Part shown: positions 48,859 through 58,534 of the stretch, piece after piece
Layout: each line of letters begins with the position of its first letter
How positions within the stretch are numbered: position 1 is the first letter of the stretch
Assembly (NCBI GenBank): GCA_036557505.1
Contig: DATBHM010000065.1
Coordinates: 6,742 to 70,741 of the forward strand
Source: Actinomycetota bacterium
GTDB taxonomy: Bacteria > Actinomycetota > UBA4738 > JACQTL01
DNA length: 64,000 nt
Reading direction: 5' to 3'
Notes under the pieces: model-generated
What the model saw: only the letters and a program-made list of their open reading frames with translations
The model's database searches: none
Told to the model about the DNA's origin: nothing
Program-made: the position numbers and the translations under genes

Positions 48859-49298
48859 GCGACCTCCCCGTGGAAGGCGGCTTCGCCGGGCTCGCCGTCG
48901 AGTACCTGCTGCTGTGCGACGCCGCCCAGGTGGTCGGGGCCAAGCTCTACGTCATGGGCGGCGGCTGGGACCGGGTGCAGCTCTCCCAGTACCCGGCCAC
49001 GCTGCCGGTCGCCATCGCGGCCGGGGTCCGCGTGGAATGGACCGAGACGAACCGCCGCCACAAGCTGACGATCAGGGGCCTGTCGGCCGACGCCGACCGC
49101 GAGCTGTTCAAGGCGGAGGGGGAGTTCGAGGTCGGGCGGCCGCCGGGGACGCCGCACGGTATGAGCCAGCTGTTCCAGGTGGCGATGAACGTCCCCCTGC
49201 AGATCCCGGAGCCCGGGTCCTACACCGTCGAGGCGTCCATCGACGACGGCGCGGCCATCCACTCGCTGCCGTTCCTCGCGGTCGGCACCTCCGTCTGA
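48855..49298 (+). CDS. Hypothetical 147-aa protein translationally coupled (GTGA) to pmbA
   Basis: The GTG at 48855 overlaps the pmbA stop. The product MSDLPVEGGFAGLAVEYLLLCDAAQVVGAKLYVMGGGWDRVQL... has no recognisable family. Confidence 0.45.
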   Translation: MSDLPVEGGFAGLAVEYLLLCDAAQVVGAKLYVMGGGWDRVQLSQYPATLPVAIAAGVRVEWTETNRRHKLTIRGLSADADRELFKAEGEFEVGRPPGTPHGMSQLFQVAMNVPLQIPEPGSYTVEASIDDGAAIHSLPFLAVGTSV

Positions 49299-49302
49299 AG
49301 CT

Positions 49303-49962
49303 TCACGCTCCGGCGTCGGGGCCGTCGATCAACACGGAGACGACCGCGAAGGCCTTGGCGTAGGCGAGGCTCTCGGACTGGTTGGGTGTGGCCAGCACCA
49401 CGAGCGTCCGGGAGCTCGATCCGCCGGTGTCGGCGATACCGCCGCCGCCGGCCGAGTCCAGGACCAGCAGCACCTCGAGGGCCGTGGCCACCGTCTCCAC
49501 GTGGTGGCGGCCCGAGGTGTACGTGGCCAGGACGTCGACGCGATCGTTCGAGTGCACCGAGCCGGCCGGCAGCTCGACGGGAAGGGACACCGCGCGGAAC
49601 CCTTCGGGCACGAGCGCGGCGATCGGCCCCGCCCGAGCCGGCGCGAGGCGCGTGACCGTCAGCGCCTCGCCTTCGGCGAGGCCGGCCAGCAGGACCCGAC
49701 CGACCGCGGACCTCGCGTCCCGCATGACACCCGGCGGGACGAACCGGGAGGGCACCGTGACGCGCCGGAACATGTCGTCGGCCAATCGGGTGCCCCTGGC
49801 AAGATCGCGCGATGCGACCAGCATCGCCTCCGGGCTCCCCATCGCCGGGGCCAGCGCCTCCACCCGTTGCGTGTATCCGTGCACGGTCAGGAACGCCGCC
49901 GCCCCCAGCACGATTGCCAGCGCCGTCCAGACCTTGGATGCGAATGACCACTTCCTCCCCAT
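49303..49962 (-). CDS. CpaB/RcpC-like Flp pilus assembly protein (SAF domain); orphan, with no other pilus genes nearby
   Basis: It has an N-terminal TM helix, a SAF-like region (MLVASRDLARGTRLADDMF) and a C-terminal RcpC-like domain. Confidence 0.5.
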   Translation of the reverse strand: MGRKWSFASKVWTALAIVLGAAAFLTVHGYTQRVEALAPAMGSPEAMLVASRDLARGTRLADDMFRRVTVPSRFVPPGVMRDARSAVGRVLLAGLAEGEALTVTRLAPARAGPIAALVPEGFRAVSLPVELPAGSVHSNDRVDVLATYTSGRHHVETVATALEVLLVLDSAGGGGIADTGGSSSRTLVVLATPNQSESLAYAKAFAVVSVLIDGPDAGA

Positions 49963-50290
49963 CGCGCCCCCTTCGATCGCTCGCGCCGAGCGGCGAGCGC
50001 CGAGTCGTTGGAGGAGGAGGTTCCGCGACCTTAGCGGGGCCGCGAGGACGTGTCAGTGAGCACGGTCACACCCGGACCCGAACAGGACGCGGATGGAATC
50101 GGCGCTACCGCTCGCGGCGGCGGTCCTTCGTCTCCAACGGGAGGGCGCGCCAACGGAACTCCTCCAGCTCCGCACGTCCGACGATCAGGGCCGTGGCCTC
50201 CTGGATGCGATCGGCGAGCTGCCCGGGGTCGTCGCGCGTGCGGAACCGGAGCTCCACCGTGATGAGCTGCAGGTCACCCATGGGAACGGC

Positions 50291-51085
50291 CTACGGCTCG
50301 AACCGCGCCCCGGCCAGGGCGGTCGCGCACGGGCAGTCGCGTTCGGCCGGCAGCGCCGGGATCGTCGCGAACAGGAGGTCCCGGAGGCGGGCGTTGTTCT
50401 CGTCGAACACCCGGATGACCTCCTCGTGGGTCACCGGCGGCGTATCCCCCACGCCCACGTCGTAGTCGGTCACGAGCGAGATGTTCGCGAAGCACATCTC
50501 CAGCTCGCGGGCGAGCGGGGCCTCCGGGTACTGGGTCATGTTGATGACCTCCCAGCCCTGCCCCTGGAACCACGCGGACTCCGCCCGGGTCGAGAAGCGC
50601 GGTCCCTGGATGACCACCATCGTGCCCTGCCGGTGGACCTCGAGCGACAGCTCGTCGCCCTTGTCGAGGATCGTGGATCGCATGACGGGGCAGTACGGGT
50701 CGGCGAACGAGATGTGCGTTACCTCGGGTCCGTCGTAGAACGTGTCGGCGCGGCCCGTCGTCCGGTCGACGACCTGGTCGCACACGACGAACGACCCCGG
50801 CCGCACGTCGAGCCGCAGCGATCCGACGGCGCACGGCGCGAACAGCCGCTCGACGCCGAGCTCCTTCATCGCCCAGACGTTCGCCCGGTAGGGCACCTTG
50901 TGCGGCGGGAACTGGTGCTTCCGCCCGTGGCGGGGCAGGAACGCCACCCGCACGCCGCCGACGTCGCCGATCGTGATGGCCGACGACGTCTCGCCGAACG
51001 GTGTGTCCACGGTCACCTCGTCGACGGCGTCGACGAACGAATAGAACCCGGATCCCCCGAAGACCCCGACCGTGGCAGTGCTCAG
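50291..51085 (-). CDS. mtnP: S-methyl-5'-thioadenosine phosphorylase (MTAP)
   Basis: The sequence VGVFGGSGFYSF...TPFGETS...HGRKHQFPPHKVPYRANVWAMKELGV is the MTAP/PNP-II family. There is no ATG, GTG or TTG between the upstream stop at 51082 and the conserved GGSG, so the start may be non-canonical (CTG 51085). Confidence 0.8.
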   Translation of the reverse strand: MSTATVGVFGGSGFYSFVDAVDEVTVDTPFGETSSAITIGDVGGVRVAFLPRHGRKHQFPPHKVPYRANVWAMKELGVERLFAPCAVGSLRLDVRPGSFVVCDQVVDRTTGRADTFYDGPEVTHISFADPYCPVMRSTILDKGDELSLEVHRQGTMVVIQGPRFSTRAESAWFQGQGWEVINMTQYPEAPLARELEMCFANISLVTDYDVGVGDTPPVTHEEVIRVFDENNARLRDLLFATIPALPAERDCPCATALAGARFEP

Positions 51086-51429
51086 GACGACCCCTTCGAC
51101 GTCCCGGCCGGCTGCTTCGAGCCACCGGATCCCGACGATCCCGACGACCCGGATGACGAGGACCCGCCCTTGCCCGAGTCCGACGAGGACGTCGTCTTCG
51201 ACGTCGACTTCTCCGACGAGCCAGACGACCCGCCGTCGCTCTTCGACGGCGTGGACCGGCTGTCGGTCTTGTAGAACCCCGAGCCCCGGAACAGGATCCC
51301 GGCCGGGTGGAACACCTTGCGGAGCTGCCCGCCGCAGTTGGGGCACACGGACAGCGGCTCGTCAGTGAAGGACTGGTAGACCTCCACGTGCTCGCCGCAC
51401 TGGAGACACGCGTACTCGTAGGTGGGCAT
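51082..51429 (-). CDS. FmdB-family zinc-ribbon protein with a Ser/Gly-rich disordered C-terminal tail (Ruc/Rv0991c-like)
   Basis: ATG 51429 opens MPTYEYACLQCGEHVEVYQSF...CPNCGG (a CxxC...CxxC zinc ribbon), followed by a long Ser/Gly/Thr/Lys low-complexity tail. The position beside the MTHFS gene matches conserved actinobacterial synteny. Confidence 0.65.
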   Translation of the reverse strand: MPTYEYACLQCGEHVEVYQSFTDEPLSVCPNCGGQLRKVFHPAGILFRGSGFYKTDSRSTPSKSDGGSSGSSEKSTSKTTSSSDSGKGGSSSSGSSGSSGSGGSKQPAGTSKGSS

Positions 51430-51520
51430 CGCTTCCCATTCTACGCGAGCCCCCCCGCTGCCCCGGGTCACGGTGCATGCGCCGGCTCGGTGCCGTCGGG
51501 GAGGAGATGCTGTCGGGGAC

Positions 51521-52117
51521 TCAGCGTCCGGCCCGGGCCGGCGAGCACCGGATCACGCCCGTCTCCGTGACCACGAGGTCGACGCGCTCGTCGGCCCGGC
51601 CCATGGGCACCCGGTCCACGACCTGCACTCCGAACCCGATCGCGATCCGCGGAGCGGACGGCTGGATCCGCCGGAGATACCGGTCGAAGTACGCCCCGCC
51701 GTACCCGAGCCGCCCGCCGGAGCGATCGAAGGCCAGCCCCGGCACCAGGACCGCCTCCACGCTCGAGGGATCCACCGCGGTTCGATCGGCCGGCTCGAGC
51801 GGCCCGTAGGACGTGGCCGCCATCGGGCCGCCGAACGGCGCCGCCTCCATCGCCCCGCCCGTCAGGAACGGCACCAGCACGCGTCGGCCCGACCGGGCGA
51901 GCCACGCGAGGATCTCCCCGGTCGGGATCTCCGAACCGAAGGAGGCGAACGCGAGGACGGTCTCCGCGCGCTCCAGCTCGGGGAGCTTCGCCAGCGCCCA
52001 CTCGACCACGTCCGCGGCGGAGCTGCGCTCCTCGGAGCTCAGCGCGGACCTCGCCGCCCGCATCCGCGCCCGGAGCGCCGCCTTCTCGGCCGGGAGTTCC
52101 GATTCCGATCCGCCCAT
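51521..52117 (-). CDS. 5-formyltetrahydrofolate cyclo-ligase (MTHFS)
   Basis: The 198-aa product has VLVPGLAFDRSGGRLGYGGAYFDRYL, characteristic of the 5-FTHF cyclo-ligase family. Confidence 0.8.
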   Translation of the reverse strand: MGGSESELPAEKAALRARMRAARSALSSEERSSAADVVEWALAKLPELERAETVLAFASFGSEIPTGEILAWLARSGRRVLVPFLTGGAMEAAPFGGPMAATSYGPLEPADRTAVDPSSVEAVLVPGLAFDRSGGRLGYGGAYFDRYLRRIQPSAPRIAIGFGVQVVDRVPMGRADERVDLVVTETGVIRCSPARAGR

Positions 52118-52221
52118 CGGCCGGGCATCGTACGCGTCCGTCCACCGGCTCCGGAGCAGACGGTCGGGGATGCCGGGTAGGCTGCCGGGAGCTCGACGGG
52201 GATGAGAGGCCCGCTGGATCG

Positions 52222-53112
52222 ATGAAGGGTGGCATGAAGGTCAGCAAGGCGGTGATCCCGGCGGCCGGGCTGGGGACGAGGTTCCTCCCGGCGACCAAGG
52301 CGCAACCCAAGGAGATGCTGCCGGTCCTCGACAAACCGGCGATCCAGTACGTGGTCGAGGAGGCGGTTCGGGCCGGGATCCACGACGTCCTGGTCGTCAC
52401 CGGCCGGGGGAAGCGCACGATCGAGGACCATTTCGACCGGGCGTTCGAGCTCGAGTACTACCTGCACCAGAAGGGCAAGCACGACCTGCTCGAGGATCTC
52501 CGGACGATCGGTGAGGGCGCGGCCATCCACTACATCCGCCAGCGCGACCCCCTCGGGCTGGGCAACGCCGTCGCCGTCGCGGAGCCGCACGTCGGCGGGC
52601 AGCCGTTCGCCGTGCTGCTGGGCGACGACATCATGGCCGAGTCCAACCCGCTGCTGCAGCAGATGCTCCGCGTGCACGAGCGCTACGGGCGGAGCGTCAT
52701 CGCGGTGCAGGAGGTTCCCCGCGACGACATCTCGCTGTACGGGTGCATCCAGCCGGAGTACGTCGAGGAGAACCTGGCGCGCATCGTCTCGATCGTCGAG
52801 AAGCCCGACCCCGCCGACGCGCCGTCCAACCTCGCGGCGATCGGCCGGTACGTGCTCACGCCCGAGATCTTCGACGCGCTGCGGGAGATCGAACCGGGGG
52901 TCGGCGGCGAGGTCCAGCTCACCGACGCGCTCAACCGGCTGGCCCAGGAGCAGGCCGTCTACGCGTTCGCGTTCGAGGGCGGCCGCTACGACATCGGAAA
53001 CAAGCTCGACTACCTCAAGGCGACCGTCGAGCTCGCGGTCGACCGCGACGACGTCGGCAAGGAGTTCCGGGAGTTCCTCACCGACTTCGTGCTGCGCCGC
53101 AAGCTGCTCTGA
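52222..53112 (+). CDS. galU: UTP--glucose-1-phosphate uridylyltransferase
   Basis: The sequence KAVIPAAGLGTRFLPATKAQPKEMLPV is the canonical GalU N-terminus. The start may be the second ATG at 52234. Confidence 0.9.
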   Translation: MKGGMKVSKAVIPAAGLGTRFLPATKAQPKEMLPVLDKPAIQYVVEEAVRAGIHDVLVVTGRGKRTIEDHFDRAFELEYYLHQKGKHDLLEDLRTIGEGAAIHYIRQRDPLGLGNAVAVAEPHVGGQPFAVLLGDDIMAESNPLLQQMLRVHERYGRSVIAVQEVPRDDISLYGCIQPEYVEENLARIVSIVEKPDPADAPSNLAAIGRYVLTPEIFDALREIEPGVGGEVQLTDALNRLAQEQAVYAFAFEGGRYDIGNKLDYLKATVELAVDRDDVGKEFREFLTDFVLRRKLL

Positions 53113-53139
53113 GCCGGACACGCCGGTCGCGGTCAAGCC

Positions 53140-55044
53140 CTATCCGGCGACCAGTTGGTCCGCGATCACCCACACACCGCCCTCGCCGACCGAGATCGAC
53201 ACGAGTCCGGGGTGGTGCGCCACGGCGATCCGACGTGCGGTGTGCAGCGTCTGGTCGACCCGCCAGACTGCTCCGTCACGGTCGGCCACCCAGGTGGCAC
53301 CGGCACCGACCGCGACGGCAGTCGGGTGGCTGCCAACCTGGATCGGCTCGTCCCGCGGTCGGGAAACCGGATCGATTCGGATCACGGAGCCGCTCGCGCC
53401 GTCGGCCACCCATACCCCCGAATCGCTGCACGCGATCGCCGTGATGTCGGTGTGCAACGGGATCGACTGCAACGCTCGCGTAGCGATATCGAAGCGTTCG
53501 ACCGATCCCTCGAGGAGGTCGTACAGCCAGATCGCCCCCCCCGCGAGGCACATCCCACCGTACGTCGAGCCGGGGACATGGCCACGACACGTCCATGAGA
53601 GCGTCGCTTCTACCCGGCACAGCCGCCCGTCGTCCATGAGGACCCAGACGCCCTCGGGTCCCGCAGCGATGAAGGCGGCGGAGATGGTCCGACTCCGCAC
53701 CGTCCTTCCGGTGCCCGGGTCGATGAGGAACACCCGCCCCGGGCCGTTGGAGTCGGGAACGAACAGGGCCCAGATCGACCGCGCGCTTGCCGCGATGAAG
53801 ATCTCCGACGCCGTTTGGGAGGTCAGCGGCGTGGGGGAGCCGGCCGTACGGGTGGAGGGGTCGATCCTCAGGATCGTCGCCGGCAGCGAGGAGTCGGCCA
53901 CCCACACCGACCCCTCCGCGGCCAGCATGTCGCGGGTGTGGCCGTAGTACGCGGGGAAGTTCACGGGGATCGGCGGCCGCTCGATGCGGCCCGTTCGTGG
54001 GTCGAGCTCCACGATGCCGCGGAAGCCGTCCCGCACCGCCGTGGTTCCATCAGTAGGAGCCGACGTGGAATGACCGGCGGGTCCCGGGCTGCCTCCGCCC
54101 CCAAGCGACGCGGCGACCACGACGACCAGCGCCACCAGGGCCACCCCCGCCGACGCCATCGCCGCAGCCCGTCGGCGCCGGGAGCGCCGAGGGCGAGCTC
54201 GAGCCTCACCGGTCGGACTCAGTGCCTCCCGGAGCGAGCCGGCCAGCTCCGTGGCCGTCGCGAACCGGCGCTCCGGCCGTTTGGCCATGGCCTTCGCGAG
54301 GACGTCGTCGACGCCGGTGGGCAGGTCCGGCCGCTTGGCGCTGGCAGCGGGAGCCGGATCGTTCACGTGCGCGTAGAGCACGGCAACCTCGGCCTCCCGG
54401 GGGAACGGCGGCCGGCCGGTCAGGCATTCGTAGCTCACGCATCCGAGCGAGTACACATCCGCCCTGGCGTCGACGGTCTCCCCCCTGACCTGCTCGGGGG
54501 CCGCGTAGTCCACGGATCCGAGGAACTCCCCGGTCTTGGTGAACTCCCCGCCGGCCTCCCTCCGCTTGGTGATCCCGAAGTCGGTGAGGTACGCGTGGTC
54601 GGACTCCCCGAGCAGGACGTTCCCCGGCTTGACGTCCCGATGGACGAGTCCCCGCCGGTGTGCGGCATCGAGCGCGGAGGCCACCTGGGAAACGATGTGG
54701 ACGGTTCGCTCCGGGGTGAGGGCACCCTCCTCGTTGATCAGGCGGTCGAGGTCGGTCCCCTCCACGTATCGCATGGCGATCCACAGGACACCCTGTTCCT
54801 CCCCGGCGCCGTAGATGGGGATGACGTTGGGATGGTCCAGTGAGGCCGCCGCGTTCGACTCGCGGATGAACCGTTCACGGAACCCCGGCTCATCGGCGAG
54901 CTCGGGGGCGAGGAGCTTCAGAGCCACCTTTCGAGCGGGAAAGGCCTGGGTGGCCAGGTAGACCACGCTCATTCCGCCGCGGCCGAGCGGAGACTCGATC
55001 CGGTAGCCGGCTATCTCGGTCCCGATCCGGGTGTCCTGGCTCAT
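53140..55044 (-). CDS. Ser/Thr protein kinase with a TM helix and an extracytoplasmic beta-propeller-like C-terminal domain
   Basis: ATG 55044 follows a GGGGGAGG ribosome-binding site. The Hanks kinase motifs are present: GRGGMSVVY, VALK, HRDVKPGNVLL, DFG and APE. The C-terminus has repeated GVWVAD...VIRIDP-type blades. Confidence 0.8.
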   Translation of the reverse strand: MSQDTRIGTEIAGYRIESPLGRGGMSVVYLATQAFPARKVALKLLAPELADEPGFRERFIRESNAAASLDHPNVIPIYGAGEEQGVLWIAMRYVEGTDLDRLINEEGALTPERTVHIVSQVASALDAAHRRGLVHRDVKPGNVLLGESDHAYLTDFGITKRREAGGEFTKTGEFLGSVDYAAPEQVRGETVDARADVYSLGCVSYECLTGRPPFPREAEVAVLYAHVNDPAPAASAKRPDLPTGVDDVLAKAMAKRPERRFATATELAGSLREALSPTGEARARPRRSRRRRAAAMASAGVALVALVVVVAASLGGGGSPGPAGHSTSAPTDGTTAVRDGFRGIVELDPRTGRIERPPIPVNFPAYYGHTRDMLAAEGSVWVADSSLPATILRIDPSTRTAGSPTPLTSQTASEIFIAASARSIWALFVPDSNGPGRVFLIDPGTGRTVRSRTISAAFIAAGPEGVWVLMDDGRLCRVEATLSWTCRGHVPGSTYGGMCLAGGAIWLYDLLEGSVERFDIATRALQSIPLHTDITAIACSDSGVWVADGASGSVIRIDPVSRPRDEPIQVGSHPTAVAVGAGATWVADRDGAVWRVDQTLHTARRIAVAHHPGLVSISVGEGGVWVIADQLVAG

Positions 55045-55170
55045 GGCCTCCCCCGACCCGTCTCGCTTGTACTCCTGCCGCGAGGGGTTGGCAAGGGTGA
55101 CAACCGTCACGCCGGCGCCCGGGATCTGATCCGTCGCTTCCCGCCCGGCCCGCCAGGCCGGCGAAGGGGG

Positions 55171-55464
55171 TTATTGCCCGACGAAGTGCTCGATCAACCG
55201 GCCGGCGTAGGAGTCCTCCCACCGGCCTTCGGTGTGGTTCGCCACGAAGTCCTTGTCGCACTGCACCAGAAGCCACACGAGCTCGCTGCGGACCGGCGTC
55301 GTGCCGAGCAGGTCCGGAAGCTCCGAATGCTCGATCAGCCAGCCGGCGTACCAGCTCGCCCAGTCCGGGTCGTCGCCGTCCACGATCCGGTACACGATGT
55401 GATGGGTCTCGCCGGCCTCGTGCAGCAGGTCGGCGATCCTCGTCTCACGCTCGCCCAAAGTCAT
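55171..55464 (-). CDS. Conserved hypothetical protein (97 aa)
   Basis: ATG 55464 follows a GGGAGGG ribosome-binding site. The product is Trp-rich (DWASWYAGWLIEH). It lies immediately upstream of, and co-oriented with, the kinase gene. Confidence 0.4.
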   Translation of the reverse strand: MTLGERETRIADLLHEAGETHHIVYRIVDGDDPDWASWYAGWLIEHSELPDLLGTTPVRSELVWLLVQCDKDFVANHTEGRWEDSYAGRLIEHFVGQ

Positions 55465-55575
55465 CCCTCCCGTTCACGTTGTCGTTCCTGTCGGCCCCGG
55501 GAGATTTTCGTTACCGCAAATGGTCCCGACGATCGATCTTGCTCTCGAAGAGTCAAGCCGGGAAACTCTCGGTCC

Positions 55576-58368
55576 GTGTCCACGGCCGGCGCGGCGCCGG
55601 CCGCCGCCCCGTTGGGGCGACGGTCAGAGCTCGAATCGCTCGCGGTGTTCCTCGACGCCGTTGCGGCCGGAGGGGCCGCGCTCGTCATCGAGGGGGAACA
55701 CGGCATCGGCAGGAGCACCCTGCTGGCCGCCGGACGGGAGCAGGCACGCGGGCGAGGCTACGTCGTGCTCCAGTCGCGGCCTACGCCGGCAGACGCGGCG
55801 ATGTCGTTTTCCGGGCTGGACGACCTGTTTCACGATGTTGTCGACCGGGTGGCGCCGGCGCTTCCCGACCCTCAGCGACTTGCGTTCGAGGTCGCGTTGT
55901 CGCTCCGCGATTCGAACGGCGAACCCCCCGCCCCGCTGGCGATCGCGCTCGCCGTCCGGGGCGCGCTCGAGGCGCTGTCCGATTCGGTACCGGTCGTGGT
56001 GGCGGTGGACGACCTTCAATGGCTCGACGAACCGTCGACCAGGGCGCTGGACCACGCCTGCCGGCGGTTGGTCCGCCGACCGGTGGGAGTCCTCTCGGTG
56101 GTGCTGCCGAGGGCCCACCGAGCGCCGTTGGCCTTCGACGACTGGGCCGACGCCGGGCACCTCCGAGTAGGACCGCTCTCCCGGTCCGACATCGAGGCCA
56201 TACTTCGGGACCGGCTGGGGCTCTCGTTGACCCGCGGCCGCCTCGACCGGGTTCATCGGGCCAGCCGGGGGAATCCGTTGGCCGCGCTGGAGATCGGCCG
56301 GGCGGTCCTCGACGCCGGTGAGTCCGCGTGGGCGTCGCCGACCCTGCCCGTTCCGGACGACCTGGCGGAAATCCTGCGGTCCCGTCTGGCCGGGCTCGGC
56401 GAGGAGGTCCGCGCCGTCCTCCTGGTGATCGCGGCGTCGTCTGACCCGTCGCCCACGCTCGTCGAAACGGTGGCGGGCGGCTCGTCGGGCGCGCTCGCCG
56501 TCGCCCTCGACGCCGGGGTCATCGAGCAGGACGCCGGTGGGTTGCGCTTCACCCACACGCTGTTCGGGTCCGTCCTGTACGGCGACGCCGATCCCGCCGA
56601 CCGCCGCCGACTGCACGCCGCGCTCGCCGACGCGGTGGAGGAACCGGATGAACGGGCCATGCACCTCGCACTCTCGGCGGACGGTTCCGACCCGGACGTT
56701 GCCGAAATGGTCGAGGAGGCCGCCCGGCGGACCCGGGCGCGCGGTGCGCCGTCCGCGGCGGCGGACCTGTGCGAGCAGGCTCACGCGCTGACGCCTCCGG
56801 ACCGGCCGGACGACGCCCTCCGTCGCCGGCTCCTCGAGGCGGAATACCGACTGGACGCGGGCGAGCTCGTCCGATCGCGCGAGCTGCTCGAGGAGCTCGT
56901 CGGGTCCTCCGCTCCTGGGCCGCAGCGCGCCGCCGTGCTCCAGCGGCTCGGCTGGGTTCGCTACCACCAGGACGGCTGGGCCTCGGCGTCCGACCTGTTC
57001 CGAGAGGCCGCGGACGAGCCGGCACTGGACCCGAGGCTGGGCGCGGCCGTGGAGATCGATCGTGCGGTCGCGTGCCAGATCTCCGGCGACCTCGCCGGCG
57101 CGGCGGCGCATGCGGCCGCGGCCGTCGAACGGACGGCCCTCGTGGACGATCCCGGAATCGCGGCGGAGGCCGAGGCTTTTGCGGCGAGCGTGGACTTCCT
57201 GATGGGCCGCAGGGTGGCCGACGAGGTCATGGAGCGAGCCGTCGAGGCCGAGACGTGGGGCCGGCCCAGTCCGACGGCCGCCAGGCCGGGGGTGGCGTAC
57301 GGGGTTCTCCTCAAGTGGTCGGATCGGCTGTCGGCGTCCAGGGTTCAACTCGAACGGAGCCTGCACCTGGCCGAGGAGAGGGGGGCGGAGCGATCCTTCC
57401 CGTTCATCCTGTTTCACCTGGCCGAGGTGGAGTGCTGGATGGGCGACCCGGCCGCCGCGGAACGCGACGCCGACAGGGCGGTCGACGTGGCCGTCCGAAC
57501 CGGACAGGACGCGGGCCGGGCGTTCGGCCTCGCGGCACGCGCACTGGTGGCGGCCCATCGGGGGAACGAGGCCGAGACGAGGAGCGCCGCCGCGGAAGGC
57601 CTCGAGATAGCCGCGGCGACCGGCATCGTTCCCGCCGGCCTCGTCCTGACATCGGTGCTGGGGTTCCTGGAGCTCTCGCTGGGACGGCCGACCGCCGCAC
57701 ACCGCCACCTCGGCCCACTGATGGATGCCGCCGCCGCGCGCGGAATCACCGAGCCGGGGGCGGCTCGATATCTGGGCGACGGCCTCGAGGCGCTGATCGG
57801 CGTCGGTGAGCTCGGGCTGGCCGAGCGCGTGATCGCCGACGTCCACGAGCGATCCGAAGAGCTCGATCGGGGCTGGGGATCCATGATCGCGGCCCGCACG
57901 AAGGCGATGGCTCGCTCAGCGAGCCGCGACCCGGGCGGGGCCAGGGAGGCGGTGGAGGAGGCGCTCGCCCACAACGAGCGATTGACCCAGCCGCTCGAGC
58001 TGGGTCGAACGCTCCTCGTCCGGGGGAGTATCGAGCGACGGGACCGCCAGAAGCGTGCGGCGCGCGAATCGTTCGAGCGGTCGCTGGAGGTCTTCTCCGA
58101 GCTGGGCGCCGAGCTCTGGATCGAACGAGCCCGGACCGAGCTCGGCAGGATCGGCGGCCGAGCGGCCTCCGGCCTGGAGCTCTCGACGACCGAGGACCGC
58201 ATAGCGCGACTCGTCGCTGAGGGATCGACCAACCAGGAGATCGCTGCGGCGCTGTTCCTGTCGGTGAAGACCGTCGAGTGGAACCTCTCGCGCATCTACC
58301 GCAAGCTCGGCATCCGGTCCCGAACCGAGCTGGCCCGCTGGGTCGGCCCCGGCACCACGGGCCGCTAG
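55576..58368 (+). CDS. Large ATP-binding LuxR-family transcriptional regulator (LAL/MalT-like) with a P-loop NTPase, a helical/TPR region and a C-terminal LuxR HTH
   Basis: The P-loop is GEHGIGRST. The C-terminal HTH is EDRIARLVAEGSTNQEIAAALFLSVKTVEWNLSRIYRKLGI. The start is uncertain: GTG 55576 or TTG 55612. The longer 55174 ORF overlaps the upstream minus-strand gene. Confidence 0.7.
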   Translation: MSTAGAAPAAAPLGRRSELESLAVFLDAVAAGGAALVIEGEHGIGRSTLLAAGREQARGRGYVVLQSRPTPADAAMSFSGLDDLFHDVVDRVAPALPDPQRLAFEVALSLRDSNGEPPAPLAIALAVRGALEALSDSVPVVVAVDDLQWLDEPSTRALDHACRRLVRRPVGVLSVVLPRAHRAPLAFDDWADAGHLRVGPLSRSDIEAILRDRLGLSLTRGRLDRVHRASRGNPLAALEIGRAVLDAGESAWASPTLPVPDDLAEILRSRLAGLGEEVRAVLLVIAASSDPSPTLVETVAGGSSGALAVALDAGVIEQDAGGLRFTHTLFGSVLYGDADPADRRRLHAALADAVEEPDERAMHLALSADGSDPDVAEMVEEAARRTRARGAPSAAADLCEQAHALTPPDRPDDALRRRLLEAEYRLDAGELVRSRELLEELVGSSAPGPQRAAVLQRLGWVRYHQDGWASASDLFREAADEPALDPRLGAAVEIDRAVACQISGDLAGAAAHAAAAVERTALVDDPGIAAEAEAFAASVDFLMGRRVADEVMERAVEAETWGRPSPTAARPGVAYGVLLKWSDRLSASRVQLERSLHLAEERGAERSFPFILFHLAEVECWMGDPAAAERDADRAVDVAVRTGQDAGRAFGLAARALVAAHRGNEAETRSAAAEGLEIAAATGIVPAGLVLTSVLGFLELSLGRPTAAHRHLGPLMDAAAARGITEPGAARYLGDGLEALIGVGELGLAERVIADVHERSEELDRGWGSMIAARTKAMARSASRDPGGAREAVEEALAHNERLTQPLELGRTLLVRGSIERRDRQKRAARESFERSLEVFSELGAELWIERARTELGRIGGRAASGLELSTTEDRIARLVAEGSTNQEIAAALFLSVKTVEWNLSRIYRKLGIRSRTELARWVGPGTTGR

Positions 58369-58534
58369 CCCGTTCACACGCGGCGGCCGAACTCCGGGGA
58401 TTCCCCCGGTTCCCCCGCCCGATTGCGCACGGACGCTGGGCGAGAACGATGCCTCGCGGTCGAGGAGGAACGGGGATGGACGTGTGCGTCGGTAGCGAGC
58501 GCGTCGCGCACCGCGAATTGCGGACGCCGACGTC

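Noticed and set aside
53155-54843. Several 150-340-aa ORFs on the plus strand within the Ser/Thr kinase locus.
   Set aside because: They are antisense to a kinase gene with a full complement of Hanks motifs. No ribosome-binding sites or domains are present.
55576-58368. The large P-loop/TPR protein as a STAND-type antiphage (Avs-like) defence NTPase.
   Set aside because: The C-terminus is a canonical LuxR HTH and there is no nuclease or effector domain. The architecture matches LAL/MalT-type transcriptional regulators instead.
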